64,000 nt of DNA from an uncultured Gemmatimonadaceae bacterium. Lineage in GTDB: Bacteria > Gemmatimonadota > Gemmatimonadetes > Gemmatimonadales > Gemmatimonadaceae. The notes below the pieces were generated by a model. It was not told the DNA's origin. It searched no databases and saw only the letters and a program-made list of their open reading frames with translations. The stretch lies in contig CAWJMB010000002.1 in assembly GCA_963843845.1 (NCBI GenBank), positions 32,001 to 96,000 of the forward strand, written 5' to 3'. A program made the translations under genes and the position numbers. This document shows positions 1 through 10,112 of the stretch, in pieces; within the stretch, counting starts at the first letter, position 1, and every line of letters begins with the position of its first letter.

Positions 1-169
1 GATCGGGACGCAGGGGTTCGCGAGGCGGCGCGGCGGCTGGCGGATTCGATCGCGGCGTGATGACTGCCTGACGGCGGTCGAACGGCCGTCGAACCGCGGT
101 CGATCCGCGGTCGTACCGCGGTCGATCCGCGGTCGATCCGCCGTCGAACTACGGCGGTACAGCGGCTGA

Positions 170-290
170 ACGGCGGTGATGCGGTGTGACTCACAGCGGA
201 CGAGGAACGGCGGTACCCGCGGCTGGTAGCTGACAGCGCGCAGGTACCGCCGTTCCTCGTCCGGTGTGAGACTCCGTATCACCGCCGTCC
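170..290. repeat. Long intergenic inverted repeat (REP/MITE-like hairpin), flanked by short CCGCGGTCGA-type and CCGCCGT-type repeats
   Basis: CGGACGAGGAACGGCGGTACC (197-217) is the exact reverse complement of 243-263; imperfect pairing extends to about 172/287. Confidence 0.75.
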
Positions 291-354
291 CACCGCCGTC
301 CGCCGTTCGTCCGTCCGCCGTCCCACCGCAGGTCCACCGCGGTCCCACCGCCGT

Positions 355-2932
355 ATGCCGTCGCTCCTTCTCGCGCTCGCCCTCGCCGCCGACTCGCTCA
401 CGGGTCCGGGCGTCTCGCGCGCCCTCGCGACCTACCGCGCCGCGCGCATCGCCGACGTGCGCTACGAGCTGCGCCTCGACGTGACGCACGCCGACACCGC
501 GCGCGGACGCGTCGTCGTTCGCTTTCGGCGCACCGGGCCCGGCGACGTCATCCTCGACTTCCGCGGGCCGAGCGTGCGCGCGCCGGAGGGCGCCGGCTAC
601 GTCGTGAACGGGGCGCACATCCGCGTTCCCGAGAGCACGTTGGGCCCCGGCGAGAACGCGCTGACGTTCGACTTCACCGCGCTCATCGCGCCGAGCGGCG
701 CGAGCATCATCAAGGTGCACGACGCGGCCGACGCGAGCGACTACCTGTACACGCTCCTCGTTCCGGCCGACGCGAATCAGCTCTTTCCCTGTTTCGACCA
801 GCCCGACCTCAAGGCCCGCACGACGCTCACGCTCGTCACGCCGCGCGCCTGGACCGCCGTCGCGAACGGCGCGCTGACCGACAGCACCGGGCTGCCGACC
901 GGCGCGCGCGAGTACCGCTTCGCCGAGACGCGGCCGATCAGCACGTATCTCATCGGCTTCGCCGCCGGCCCGTGGACGCGCGTCACGCGCACCGTCGCCG
1001 GCCGCCCGGTCACGCTCCACGTCCGCACGTCGCGCGCGACCGAGTTGGGCGCCGACGCCGACTCGATCATCGCGACGAACGCGCGGGCGGCGCAGTGGCT
1101 CGAGCAGTGGTTCGGCGTGCCGTTCCCGTTCCCGAAGCTCGACGTCGTGCTCGCGCCGGCGTTTCCGTTCGGCGGCATGGAGCATCCGGGCGCGATCTTC
1201 TACAACGAATCATCCTTCATCTATCGCGAGCGGCCGACGCGCCCGCAACTGTTAGGCAGGGCGTCGACGATCTACCACGAGGTCGCGCACCAGTGGTTCG
1301 GCGACCTCGTGACGATGCGCTGGTTCGACGACCTGTGGCTCAAGGAAGGGTTCGCGACCTACATGGCCGCGAAGGCGCAGGCCGGGCTCGACCCCTCGGC
1401 CGACGCGTGGAAGACGTTCTACCTGCGCAACAAGCCGGCGGCGTACGGCGTCGATCGCACGGCCGGCACCGTGCCCGTCTGGCAATCGTTAGGCAACCTC
1501 GACCAGGCGAAGAGCGCCTACGGCCCCATCGTCTACAACAAGGCGCCGAGCGTCCTCAAGCAGCTGAACGCGCTCGTCGGCGACTCGGCGTTCCGGCGCG
1601 GCGTGCACGACTTCCTGACGACGCACGCCTACGCGAACGCGACGTGGCGCGATCTGCTGGGCGCCATCGGCGGCGCGGCCGGCCGGCCGCTGACGGCGTG
1701 GGGCGAGTCGTACATCCTGCGCCCCGGCATGCCCGTCCTCACGCAGCGCCGCACGTCGACGAGCACCGGCGTCGCGCTCACGCTGACGCAGCAGCCGGTG
1801 CGCTCCGGGCTCTCGGGGATCGCGCCGTGGCCGATCAAGACCGAGGTGCTGTTCGCGTCCCGGGGCACGAGCGCGCGCGTCCCCGTCGAGCTGCGCGCCG
1901 CGACGACGACGATCGCCGCGCCGCCAGCCGTTCCGCGCCCCGACGTGGTGTTCGCGAACGCCGGCGACTTCGCGTACGCGGCGGTGCGCCTCGACGACGC
2001 GAGCCTGCGCTGGGCGTTGGCGCAACGCGGGCACCGTCGCCGACCCGCTCCTGCGCGCGATGCTGTGGGGCGCCGTGTGGGACGACGTCCGCGACGCGCG
2101 GCTCGACCCCGCGCGCTTCGTCGACGCCGTCGTCGCGGCCCTGCCGTCCGAGCGTGACGACGAGATCGTGCCCTTTCTGTTGGGCCGCACGACGCGCGCC
2201 GCGAACGCCTATCTCACCGCGCCGCGGCGCGACGCCGTGCTCCCCGCGCTCGAGCGCGCCCTCCGCACCGGCGCCGACGACGCCGCGCGGAGCTACGGCG
2301 TGCGCAAGGCGCATCTCGACGCGCTGATCGCCGTCGCGCGCACGCCGGCCGCGCTCGCCGCGCTCGACACGCTGCTCGACCGCCCCGACGCGGCCGGCGC
2401 TCCGCTCCGGGCCCCGACGCGCTGGGCGATCGTGACGCGCCTCGTCGCCGCCGCCGCGCCGACCGCCGATCAGCGCCTCGCCGCCGAGTCGGCGCGCGAC
2501 ACGACCGACCAGGGACGCCGCTCCGCGTTCGTCGCCACCGCCGCGCGTCCCGACGCCGCGACGCGACGCGCCTACTTCGCGCGCTACCTCGCCGACGCCT
2601 CGCTCAACGAGGAGTGGGCCACCGCGAGCCTCGGCGCGTTCAACGCGCCGGCGGCGGACGCGCTGTCGCGCCCATTCCTGCGCGCCGCGCTCGACACGCT
2701 GCCCTGGCTGCAGCGCAACCGCCGCATCTTCTACGTCAACGCGTGGGTCGACTCGTTCCTCTCGGGGCAGACCAGCCCCGACGCGTTAGGCACCGTGCGC
2801 GCGTTCCTCGCGGCGCGGCGCACGCTGCCGCAGGACCTTCGGCAGAAAGTCGTGCAGGCGGTCGACGAGCTGGAGCGCACGGTCGAGATCCGGCGGCGCT
2901 ACGGCACCGCGGCGGCCGGCCGCGGCGGCTGA
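355..2932 (+). CDS. M1 family (PepN-like) zinc aminopeptidase with C-terminal helical (ERAP1-like) domain; one frameshift near 2025-2060
   Basis: GGMEH exopeptidase motif, HEVAH(x18)E zinc motif (HEVAHQWFGDLVT...LWLKEG), YNKAP, signal peptide; ORF 355-2157 continues in ORF 2060-2932. Confidence 0.9.
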
Positions 2933-3074
2933 GGGCGGGCACGCGTTCGGGCACGCATTACGGAAACGGCGCCGCCATGTATACTGTGCGGCTCTTGCAT
3001 CAGCGCGCGGCGGGCTCGGCGCGCGTGTCGTGCGTGGGTGAGCGTGTCGGGTGTCCTGGGGTGTGGGTATCGTC

Positions 3075-6000
3075 ATGGGTGAGCGGGCCGAGATCGACGA
3101 GGACGCCCCAACGGCGACTCGGATAGCCGACCACCCTGCCGACGACCCCGCCGCACGACCGCCGCCGCCGATCGTCTGCGGCATCGGCGCCTCCGCCGGC
3201 GGCATCCAGGCGCTGCAAGCGTTCTTCGACGCCGTCCCCACCGACCTCGGCGTCGCGTTCGTCGTCGTCGTGCATCTCTCGCCCGAGCACCGGAGCGCGC
3301 TCTCCGGCATCCTCGCCGCGCGCACGACGATGCCGGTGGAGCAGGTGACCGACACCGTGGCGCTGCACGGCAACCGGGTCTACGTCATCCCCCCCGACCG
3401 ACGACTCGAGATCACCGACCACTCGGTCGCGGCGGTGCCGTTCGACGAGCCGCGCGGCCGGCGAGCCCCGATCGACCTCTTCTTCCGGTCGCTCGCCGAG
3501 CAGCACGGCGACGGCTTCGCGATCGTGCTGTCGGGCGGCGGCAGCGACGGCGCCATGGGCGTGCGGGCGATCAAGGAGGCGGGCGGCCTCGTGCTCGTGC
3601 AGGACCCCGCGGAGGCGGCGCACGACTCGATGCCGCGCGCGGCGATCGCCACGCAGGTCGCCGACCTCGTGCTGCCGGTGCGCGACCTCGCCGCCCGGAT
3701 CGCCGAGCTCACGGCGGCGAAGCGACGGCTGCAGTCGACGTTCGGCATGGCGTTCGGCGCCACGCTCGGCACGACACTGAGCGATCGTACCGCCGGGGCG
3801 GCGGCGCGCCTCGACGACGACGGCGAGGCCGCACTCGCCCAGATCGTGCGCCACCTGCACACGCGCAGCGGGCACGACTTCGCGCGCTACAAGCGTGCCA
3901 CCGTGCTCCGCCGGATCGGGCGCCGCATGCAGGTGCAGCGGCAGGACACCCTCCGCGACTACGTCGGGTTCCTCCGCGACCACGCCGACGAGACGCGCGC
4001 GCTGTTCGCCGACCTGCTGATCTCGGTGACGAGCTTCTTCCGCGACCCGGAAGCGTGGGAAGCGCTCGCGACGCAGGTGATCCCGCGGCTGCTCGACGAG
4101 AGCGAGAGCGGCGCCGCGGGCGAGGGGCGGCTGCGCGTCTGGGTGCCCGGCTGCGCCACCGGCGAGGAGGCGTACTCGATCGCGATCCTCCTCCTCGAAG
4201 AGGCGGCGCGGCGCGACGTGCGCCGCGAGATCCAGATCTTCGCCTCCGACCTCGACGACGTCGCGCTCGCCGCGGCGCGCGACGGCCGCTACCCGCGCAC
4301 GATCGCCGCCGACGTCTCCGAGGAGCGGCTCCGCCGCTTCTTCCGCGAGGAGGGGCCGTTCTATGTCGTCACCAAGCAGGTGCGCGACTGCGTCATCTTC
4401 ACGACGCACAGCCTGCTGCGCGACCCGCCGTTCTCGCGCGTCGACCTGATCTCCTGCCGCAACCTGCTGATCTACCTCGACCGCGAGGTGCAGCAGCAGG
4501 TGTTCGGCGTCTTTCGCTACGCGCTGCGGCCGGGCCGCTTTCTGTTCGTCGGCGCGTCGGAGACGGCGGACGGGCCGCACTTCCGCGTGGTCGACAAGAA
4601 GCAGCATCTCTACCAGGCGCGCGAGGTCACGGCCGACGACGTGCCGCAGTTGCCGGCGCTGCTGCTCACCACGCCGCGCGTGCGCGTCCCCGACCCGCGC
4701 GAGGCGCCGCCGGCCCAGCGTGCAGCGACGAGCGCGGTGCACCGCCGGCTGCTCGAGGATCTGGCGCCGCCGAGCGTCCTCGTCGACGACGCGCGGAACG
4801 TCGTGCACCTCTCGGAGACCGTCGGGCGCTTTCTCGAGCCGCCCGGCGGGCCGCTGACGCGCGACGTCATCCGCCTCGTGCGCCCCGAGCTGCAGGGCGA
4901 GCTGCGGGCGGCGCTCTACCGCGCGTTCGACCAGGGCACGAGCACGCTGTCGTCGTTCGTCGCGCTTCCGCTCGACGGGTCGTCGCGGAGCGTGGCGATG
5001 CTCGTCCGACCGCGAACGACCGAGGGCGGGGAGCGGCTGGCGCTCGTGATGTTCGTCGAGCGGACCGGCGCGAGCTCGGCGCCGGCGAGCGCCGACGCGG
5101 CCGGCACGCAGGAGGAGCGCGACGCCGAGACGGTGCGGCACCTCGAGACGGAGCTGCAGCAGACGCACGAGCGGCTGGCCCGGGCGAGCGAGCACGCCGA
5201 GGCGAACACCGAGGAGCTCCGCGCCGCGAACGAGGAGCTGCAGAGCATCAACGAGGAGTACCGCTCGACCGCCGAGGAGCTGGAGACGAGCAAGGAAGAG
5301 CTCCAGAGCATCAACGAGGAGCTCGAGACCGTCAACGCGGAGCTGAAGCTCAAGTTCGAGGAGGTCTCGCGGGCGCACAGCGACCTCGAGAACCTCATGG
5401 CGGCGACCGAGATCGGCACGCTGTTTCTCGATCGCACCCTGCGCATCGCCCGCTTCACGCCGCCGCTCGCGGAGCTGTTCAACATCACCGAGAACGACCG
5501 CGGGCGGCCGATCACCGACTTCACGCACCGGCTCGAGTACGAGGCGCTCGCCGCCGACGCCCGCGCGGTGCTCCGCTCGCTCGCGCCGATCGATCGCGAG
5601 GTCCGGAGCGACGACGACCGCTGGTACCTCGCGCGGCTCCGGCCGTACCGCACGGTCGACGACCGCATCGACGGCGTGGTCGCGACGTTCGTGGACCTCA
5701 CGGCGCGGCGCCGGGCCGAGCACGACTTGCGGCGCAGCGAGGAGCGCTACCGGCTCCTCGTCGAAGGGGTCGGCGAGTACGCCATGCTCATGGTGAGTCC
5801 GGACGCGCGCATCATCAGCTGGAACTCCGGCGCCCAGAAGATCTTCGGCCGCACCGAGGACGAGGCGCTCGGACAGCCGTTCGCGGTGCTGTTCACCGAC
5901 GAGGACCGCGCAACCGGCACCGCGGAGCGCGAGCTCGCCACCGCCGTACGCGACGGCGTCGCGTCCGACGACCGGTGGCAGCGGCGGAAGGACGGCACCC

Positions 6001-6887
6001 ATTTCTGGGCGAACGGCGTCACGACGGCGCTCCGCGATACGGAGGGCACCCTCTCCGGGTTCGCCAAGGTGCTGCGCGACAACACGGCGCGGCAGGAGCG
6101 CGTGGCGGAGCGGGAGCGGCTGCTCGCCGCGGCGCAGGAGGCGCGCGAGGAGGCCGAGCGGCAGCGCACCGAGGCGCTCGCCGCGAGCGACGCCAAGACA
6201 CAGTTCCTCGCGACGATGAGCCACGAGCTGCGCACTCCGCTCAACGCGATCGCCGGGCACGTGCAGCTGCTGCAGCTCGAGCTGCACGGGCCGCTCGCGC
6301 CGTCGCAGCAGCAGGCGCTCGGCCGCGTCGAGCGCGCGCAGCGGCACCTGCTCGCGCTCATCAACGACGTGCTCAACTTCGCGCGCCTCGGCGCCGGCGG
6401 GGTGACCTACGACGTGACGCCGGTCGACCTCGGCGCGCTCATGACGGACATCGCGTCGATGATCGAGACCCAGCTCGTCGCGAAGGGGCTGACGTACGAG
6501 GTGCGGCCGCCGGCCGAGCCGTGCTTCGTCTGGGCGGACGCGGACAAGCTGCGCCAGATCGTGCTCAACCTGCTCACGAACGCCGTGAAGTTCACCACGC
6601 CCGGCGGCCGCGTGACGATGGAGGCGGGCGCGGACGGCGAGGCGCCCGGCGTCGCCCGCCTCCGCGTGGGCGACACCGGCATCGGCATTCCGCGCGAGAA
6701 GCACGCCGCGATCTTCCAGGCGTTCGTGCAGATCAACCGGTCGCTGTCGACGCCCGCGGACGGTGTGGGACTGGGGCTGACCATCAGCCGCGACCTGGCG
6801 CGCGGCATGGGCGGCGACCTGACCGTGGAGAGCGGCGACGGACCGGGCTCCACGTTCACCGTCACGCTCCGCCGCGTCGGTCCCTGA
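3075..6887 (+). CDS. CheB-CheR fusion with PAS domains and histidine kinase
   Basis: GIGASAGG / VVHL / LSGGGSDG (CheB), VTSFFRD, WVPGCATGEEAYS, SCRNLLIY (CheR), NEELQS coiled coil, PAS, MSHELRTPL H-box, NLLTNAVKFT, DTGIGI, GLGL. Confidence 0.93.
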   Translation: MGERAEIDEDAPTATRIADHPADDPAARPPPPIVCGIGASAGGIQALQAFFDAVPTDLGVAFVVVVHLSPEHRSALSGILAARTTMPVEQVTDTVALHGNRVYVIPPDRRLEITDHSVAAVPFDEPRGRRAPIDLFFRSLAEQHGDGFAIVLSGGGSDGAMGVRAIKEAGGLVLVQDPAEAAHDSMPRAAIATQVADLVLPVRDLAARIAELTAAKRRLQSTFGMAFGATLGTTLSDRTAGAAARLDDDGEAALAQIVRHLHTRSGHDFARYKRATVLRRIGRRMQVQRQDTLRDYVGFLRDHADETRALFADLLISVTSFFRDPEAWEALATQVIPRLLDESESGAAGEGRLRVWVPGCATGEEAYSIAILLLEEAARRDVRREIQIFASDLDDVALAAARDGRYPRTIAADVSEERLRRFFREEGPFYVVTKQVRDCVIFTTHSLLRDPPFSRVDLISCRNLLIYLDREVQQQVFGVFRYALRPGRFLFVGASETADGPHFRVVDKKQHLYQAREVTADDVPQLPALLLTTPRVRVPDPREAPPAQRAATSAVHRRLLEDLAPPSVLVDDARNVVHLSETVGRFLEPPGGPLTRDVIRLVRPELQGELRAALYRAFDQGTSTLSSFVALPLDGSSRSVAMLVRPRTTEGGERLALVMFVERTGASSAPASADAAGTQEERDAETVRHLETELQQTHERLARASEHAEANTEELRAANEELQSINEEYRSTAEELETSKEELQSINEELETVNAELKLKFEEVSRAHSDLENLMAATEIGTLFLDRTLRIARFTPPLAELFNITENDRGRPITDFTHRLEYEALAADARAVLRSLAPIDREVRSDDDRWYLARLRPYRTVDDRIDGVVATFVDLTARRRAEHDLRRSEERYRLLVEGVGEYAMLMVSPDARIISWNSGAQKIFGRTEDEALGQPFAVLFTDEDRATGTAERELATAVRDGVASDDRWQRRKDGTHFWANGVTTALRDTEGTLSGFAKVLRDNTARQERVAERERLLAAAQEAREEAERQRTEALAASDAKTQFLATMSHELRTPLNAIAGHVQLLQLELHGPLAPSQQQALGRVERAQRHLLALINDVLNFARLGAGGVTYDVTPVDLGALMTDIASMIETQLVAKGLTYEVRPPAEPCFVWADADKLRQIVLNLLTNAVKFTTPGGRVTMEAGADGEAPGVARLRVGDTGIGIPREKHAAIFQAFVQINRSLSTPADGVGLGLTISRDLARGMGGDLTVESGDGPGSTFTVTLRRVGP

Positions 6888-7064
6888 GCTCGGCGGCAGC
6901 TCGCCGAACGCGTCCCACGCGGCGACCGTCAGGATCGACAGCTCATCGAGCCGGCAACGGCGCGGCGGCCGCGCTGTCGCGCCAGTACGATGCGGCGGAT
7001 GCATGGCGGAGCGAGCGTGATGCGGCGCTCCGCCGCACACGCGCGGAGTTGTGTGGTTCTGTCT

Positions 7065-7207
7065 CGGCGCGGAGCTGACGGCGGCCGGGTGAGAAATCCG
7101 CCAGCTGGTTTCGCGATACAGAGCGAGATCAGGTCGGGCTCAGTGTTCGTCCGCAGATGGCGCAGTGGTGGGTAGTGTGACGCTGCGCAGTACAATTGGC
7201 GTTAGGT
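7065..7207 (+). mobile_element. Degenerate integron attC-like site (3' half intact)
   Basis: Ends in GCAGTACAATTGGC-GTTAGGT (GTTRRRY core at 7201-7207); GAGCTGAC L''-like box at ~7072; R'' not recognisable. Confidence 0.45.
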
Positions 7208-7361
7208 GGCCCCGAGCATCGCTTGACCTTCAGGCCTGACCAGGCAAGGTTTTGAGAGGCCTCGCTCTTCGCACGCCTCAGGTGTCGCAGCCGGCTGCTG
7301 TTGGACGGCAGGCGGTGTGCAAGGACCTTGAGTGCGAGCTAGTAGAACCGAATGGACTTGT

Positions 7362-7956
7362 CTACGCGCTGGCCTCGGGCACGAAGTCCGAGGCCAGCGT
7401 CATTATGAACGCTGAGAGGCGGCGCGCCTCGTCGCGTTTCATATCCCAAGGGATAATGACTTGGGCGGAGGATCCCGCCGCAGAGGATACTGAAGGGCGA
7501 GCCCGGTCGCCGGATGCGGCTCTGAATGTTGGACGACGGGGGGAGCCATTGTAGCGAGCGGAGCCGGAGCCTCTTGTTTCGGCTTGCTGTCCCGTGTCTT
7601 GTCCGTTGGGGTTTTTCGGTCTGCGCCGCTGCGCTTTGTCGCGCCTCGCCCGATCCGCCGAAAGCTGGTCGGATTCTCCGTGAAGGCCACGAAGTGCCGA
7701 ATCGCCTGGGTGATACGCCGCTGATACTCAGCCAGTGTGGATGGCGTCAGCTTCCCCGGGTTGCGATTGTGGAATCGGTGGATCGCGTCATCCACGTCTA
7801 AGGCGCGTACGTCGCTTACGCTCTCTTCCGGCAGGTCGCCAAGAATTTTGGTAACCGCTACTCGCAGCCCCTCCGCCGTATTGGGGTTGGCGAGGCCTCG
7901 GTCGCCCAGCGAGCCGAGGAATCGGAGCACGCCTCACGAGAATAGTTCCTTTCCAT
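7362..7956 (-). pseudogene. Gene-cassette protein of unknown function (~197 aa when repaired), two frameshifts, inverted relative to attC
   Basis: AGGGG RBS + ATG at 7956 (MERNYSRE), shift into ORF 7439-7930 (LRFLGSLGDRGLANPNTAEGLR...), shift near 7470 to AQVIIPWDMKRDEARRLSAFIMTLASDFVPEASA-stop at 7362; lower GC than flanks. Confidence 0.6.
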
Positions 7957-8085
7957 TTTCCCCTGGGCGACGGTGACAACGGCAAAATCGGGGCCGTCCA
8001 ACGGCAGCTGTCAATGGGGCTTCAAAACATTCCGTTGTTGTTCCGTCGGCGCTTGATCGCGGCGCGTCTGTTGGACTGGTTGGCC

Positions 8086-8180
8086 ACCTAACGAATCATT
8101 GAAGCTGACGAACGCGCGCAACTCTCCTCGGCATCCACAACTCCAACCCTGCGCGTCGCAGCTTAACTCAGGCGTTAGCC
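8086..8180 (+). mobile_element. Integron attC site
   Basis: ACCTAAC-GAATCA-TTGAAGCTGAC ... GCAGCTTAACTCAGGC-GTTAG: canonical R''-L''-L'-R' layout; GGCCACCTAAC (8082-8092) is the exact reverse complement of cassette start GTTAGGTGGCC (7201-7211). Confidence 0.88.
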
Positions 8181-8220
8181 AGCGACCGCCGTCGTCGCGC
8201 ACTCGCACGGCCAGCGTCTG

Positions 8221-8650
8221 ATGCGTCATGTAGCCCTTGGGCTCTGCCGTCGGCTCGCAGACGGGGCGTTGCTCCTCGAGCACGGCTACGACCGGGTCAC
8301 GGGGCTGCGGCTTCTACCGCGCGGTCGGCGGGGCGTGCGAGCACGAGGAGGAGCCGGCGGCCGCCGTGGTGCGCGAGTGGGCGGCGGAGCTCGCGCTGGC
8401 GGTGCCCTTCGCGCGCGCCCTCGGAGCGATCGACACCGGTCGAGTCCGAAGGCCGGGAGGTCGCGAACGCGTGAGCGTCGTCGCGGTCATGCTGAGCGAC
8501 CCGCGCGAGTACGTTGTCCCGGTGCGGGAGGGTGTCGACCCCGCAGGGCTGCGGCCCGTCGCTTCATCGGTGGTGCCCGCAGCCGGCGTGACGGCGCCGC
8601 CCGTGTACCCCGCCGGCATCCTCGCCCTGCTTCGACCCGCTCGCTCGCGG
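8221..8650 (+). pseudogene. NUDIX hydrolase cassette gene, frameshifted; 3' end uncertain
   Basis: MRHVALGLCRR...HGYDRVTG then shift to FYRAVGGACEHEEEPAAAVVREWAAELAL (degenerate NUDIX box). Confidence 0.55.
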
Positions 8651-8736
8651 ATCGATGCTCCAGCCGATGCCGCACAGCGCTCCGCACCGGCGGCACCCTT
8701 CACGCGTGCGGCTGCAGCTGAACTCTGGCGTTTCGC
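8650..8736 (+). mobile_element. Degenerate attC-like site
   Basis: CAGCCGA-T-GCCGCAC ... GTGCGGC-T-GCAGCTGAACTCTGGC-GTT; 3' half closely resembles the attC at 8086-8180, R'' lost. Confidence 0.55.
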
Positions 8737-8779
8737 CAACCCGCTCGTCGTACTGCACGCCGCCACGGTCACACGCAGC

Positions 8780-9277
8780 TCACGCTCGCGCGTGACGAGT
8801 CTGGACATACCGCGCCGGGAGCACCGGCACACCGGCGAGGAAGCCGACGATGACGTCGATGGCCGCCAGCGCTGCCGCGGGTCCCGTTGTGATCGCAGCG
8901 GTCACGGACGCGGGGATCCCGGAAGGCGACGCGCCACTCTGTCGAAGCGCGGGCGCGATCCCGGTATGCATGACGGTGTAGACGACCGCCGAGACGCCGA
9001 CGAAGGCCACCACGCCCGTGATGACCGCGGTGGCGAGCGCCGCGACGAGTCCGGTGCGCCAGCGATGTAGCCGGGCGTCACGCGTCACGAGCCAAACCGC
9101 CGTTGCCCCGGCGAGCGCCGGCCAGATGAACGGCCAATTACCGCAGTTGGGGATCGAGACGTGGATGGCGAACAGCAGCCCGCCCGCGACCCCGGTTTCG
9201 AGCACGATTCTTCGAGCGCTCCGCATCTTGACCCTTGCGTCGATGTTGACGTCGCGCGAAAGCAGGAAGCGAACCAA
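8780..9277 (-). CDS. Hypothetical membrane protein (about 4 TM segments); start uncertain
   Basis: Several hydrophobic segments, WPFIWPALAG motif. Confidence 0.55.
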   Translation of the reverse strand: MVRFLLSRDVNIDARVKMRSARRIVLETGVAGGLLFAIHVSIPNCGNWPFIWPALAGATAVWLVTRDARLHRWRTGLVAALATAVITGVVAFVGVSAVVYTVMHTGIAPALRQSGASPSGIPASVTAAITTGPAAALAAIDVIVGFLAGVPVLPARYVQTRHARA

Positions 9278-9297
9278 CCACGTTGACCAGTGCCGCC

Positions 9298-9537
9298 ATG
9301 CGCCCCTTCGACGAATCAGCTCCCGCGCGCCCGATCGTCGACTTCGCTCGGGACGACGCCGGCGACTGGGTCGCGCTGCTCGCCTGCGGGCACCGTCAGC
9401 ACGTCCGGCACGCGCCCCCGCTCCAGAGCCGCCCGTGGGTGCTGAGCGCCGCCGGCCGCGCGTCGCGTCTCGGCGCCGAGCTCCAGTGCATGCGCTGTCT
9501 CGCCGAACGCCCGCTCACCGCGCCGCGCGAGCAGTAA
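9298..9537 (+). CDS. DUF3565-like small Cys/His protein
   Basis: GDWVALLACGHRQHVRHAPP...RPWV...GR...LG..LQCMRC pattern. Confidence 0.75.
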   Translation: MRPFDESAPARPIVDFARDDAGDWVALLACGHRQHVRHAPPLQSRPWVLSAAGRASRLGAELQCMRCLAERPLTAPREQ

Positions 9538-9963
9538 CGAGCCGGCCGCCGAGGCGGCGCACAGCAGAATGAGCGGGAGCGCGATGACGGCCGTGATGTC
9601 CCACACACCGAACTCGTCTCGGCCGAGCGTCGCGAGCCCGACCCCGACCATCGTCGCCGGCACGAGGCTCAGGAGCAGCCCGCCGAACGCGCCCCACGCT
9701 GTGAACGCGGCGAGCGACAGCTCGTCGAACCGGCGCCGGCGCCCGATGACGCCGAGCACGAACGAGAAGAGCGCGCCGCCGACGAAGCCCGGGACGGCGA
9801 GCGCGGGGAGCGGGGCGTCGAAGAACCCGAAGAACGCGTCCCACGGCAGCCACGGAGTGAACACGCTCGTCACCCCGATCAGGAGGCCGAACAGCGCCCA
9901 CCCGACCGCCCACGTCACGCCCATCCCGACGGCGCCGCGCGCGCGCCTCAGCCATCTCGCCAC
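9316..9963 (-). CDS. Hypothetical membrane protein
   Basis: GGAGG RBS before GTG at 9963; four hydrophobic segments; 3' end overlaps the DUF3565 gene. Confidence 0.65.
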   Translation of the reverse strand: MARWLRRARGAVGMGVTWAVGWALFGLLIGVTSVFTPWLPWDAFFGFFDAPLPALAVPGFVGGALFSFVLGVIGRRRRFDELSLAAFTAWGAFGGLLLSLVPATMVGVGLATLGRDEFGVWDITAVIALPLILLCAASAAGSLLLARRGERAFGETAHALELGAETRRAAGGAQHPRAALERGRVPDVLTVPAGEQRDPVAGVVPSEVDDRARGS

Positions 9964-9979
9964 TGCCAGCCTCCGCTGA

Positions 9980-9996
9980 ACTTTACACCGTAAAGT
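9980..9996. promoter_or_regulatory. 17-bp palindromic operator ACTTTAC-ACC-GTAAAGT
   Basis: Perfect 7-bp arms, AT-rich, 17 bp upstream of the membrane gene; same ACTTT-N7-AAAGT geometry at 35538 and 36657. Confidence 0.6.
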
Positions 9997-10112
9997 AGAG
10001 GCGGCGGACGGGTGCGACAACCGCGACATTGACGACCGTCGCGCTGGCCGGCTCCTCTCGCGGGCACGCGACGCTGGTGCGACGTTCCCCGCAGCGAGCC
10101 TCCGGAGCCCTC

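Noticed and set aside
3000..7040. 1346-aa minus-strand ORF and other long antisense/alternative-frame ORFs
   Set aside because: High-GC shadow ORFs of well-supported genes; Arg/Ala/Pro-rich with no motifs
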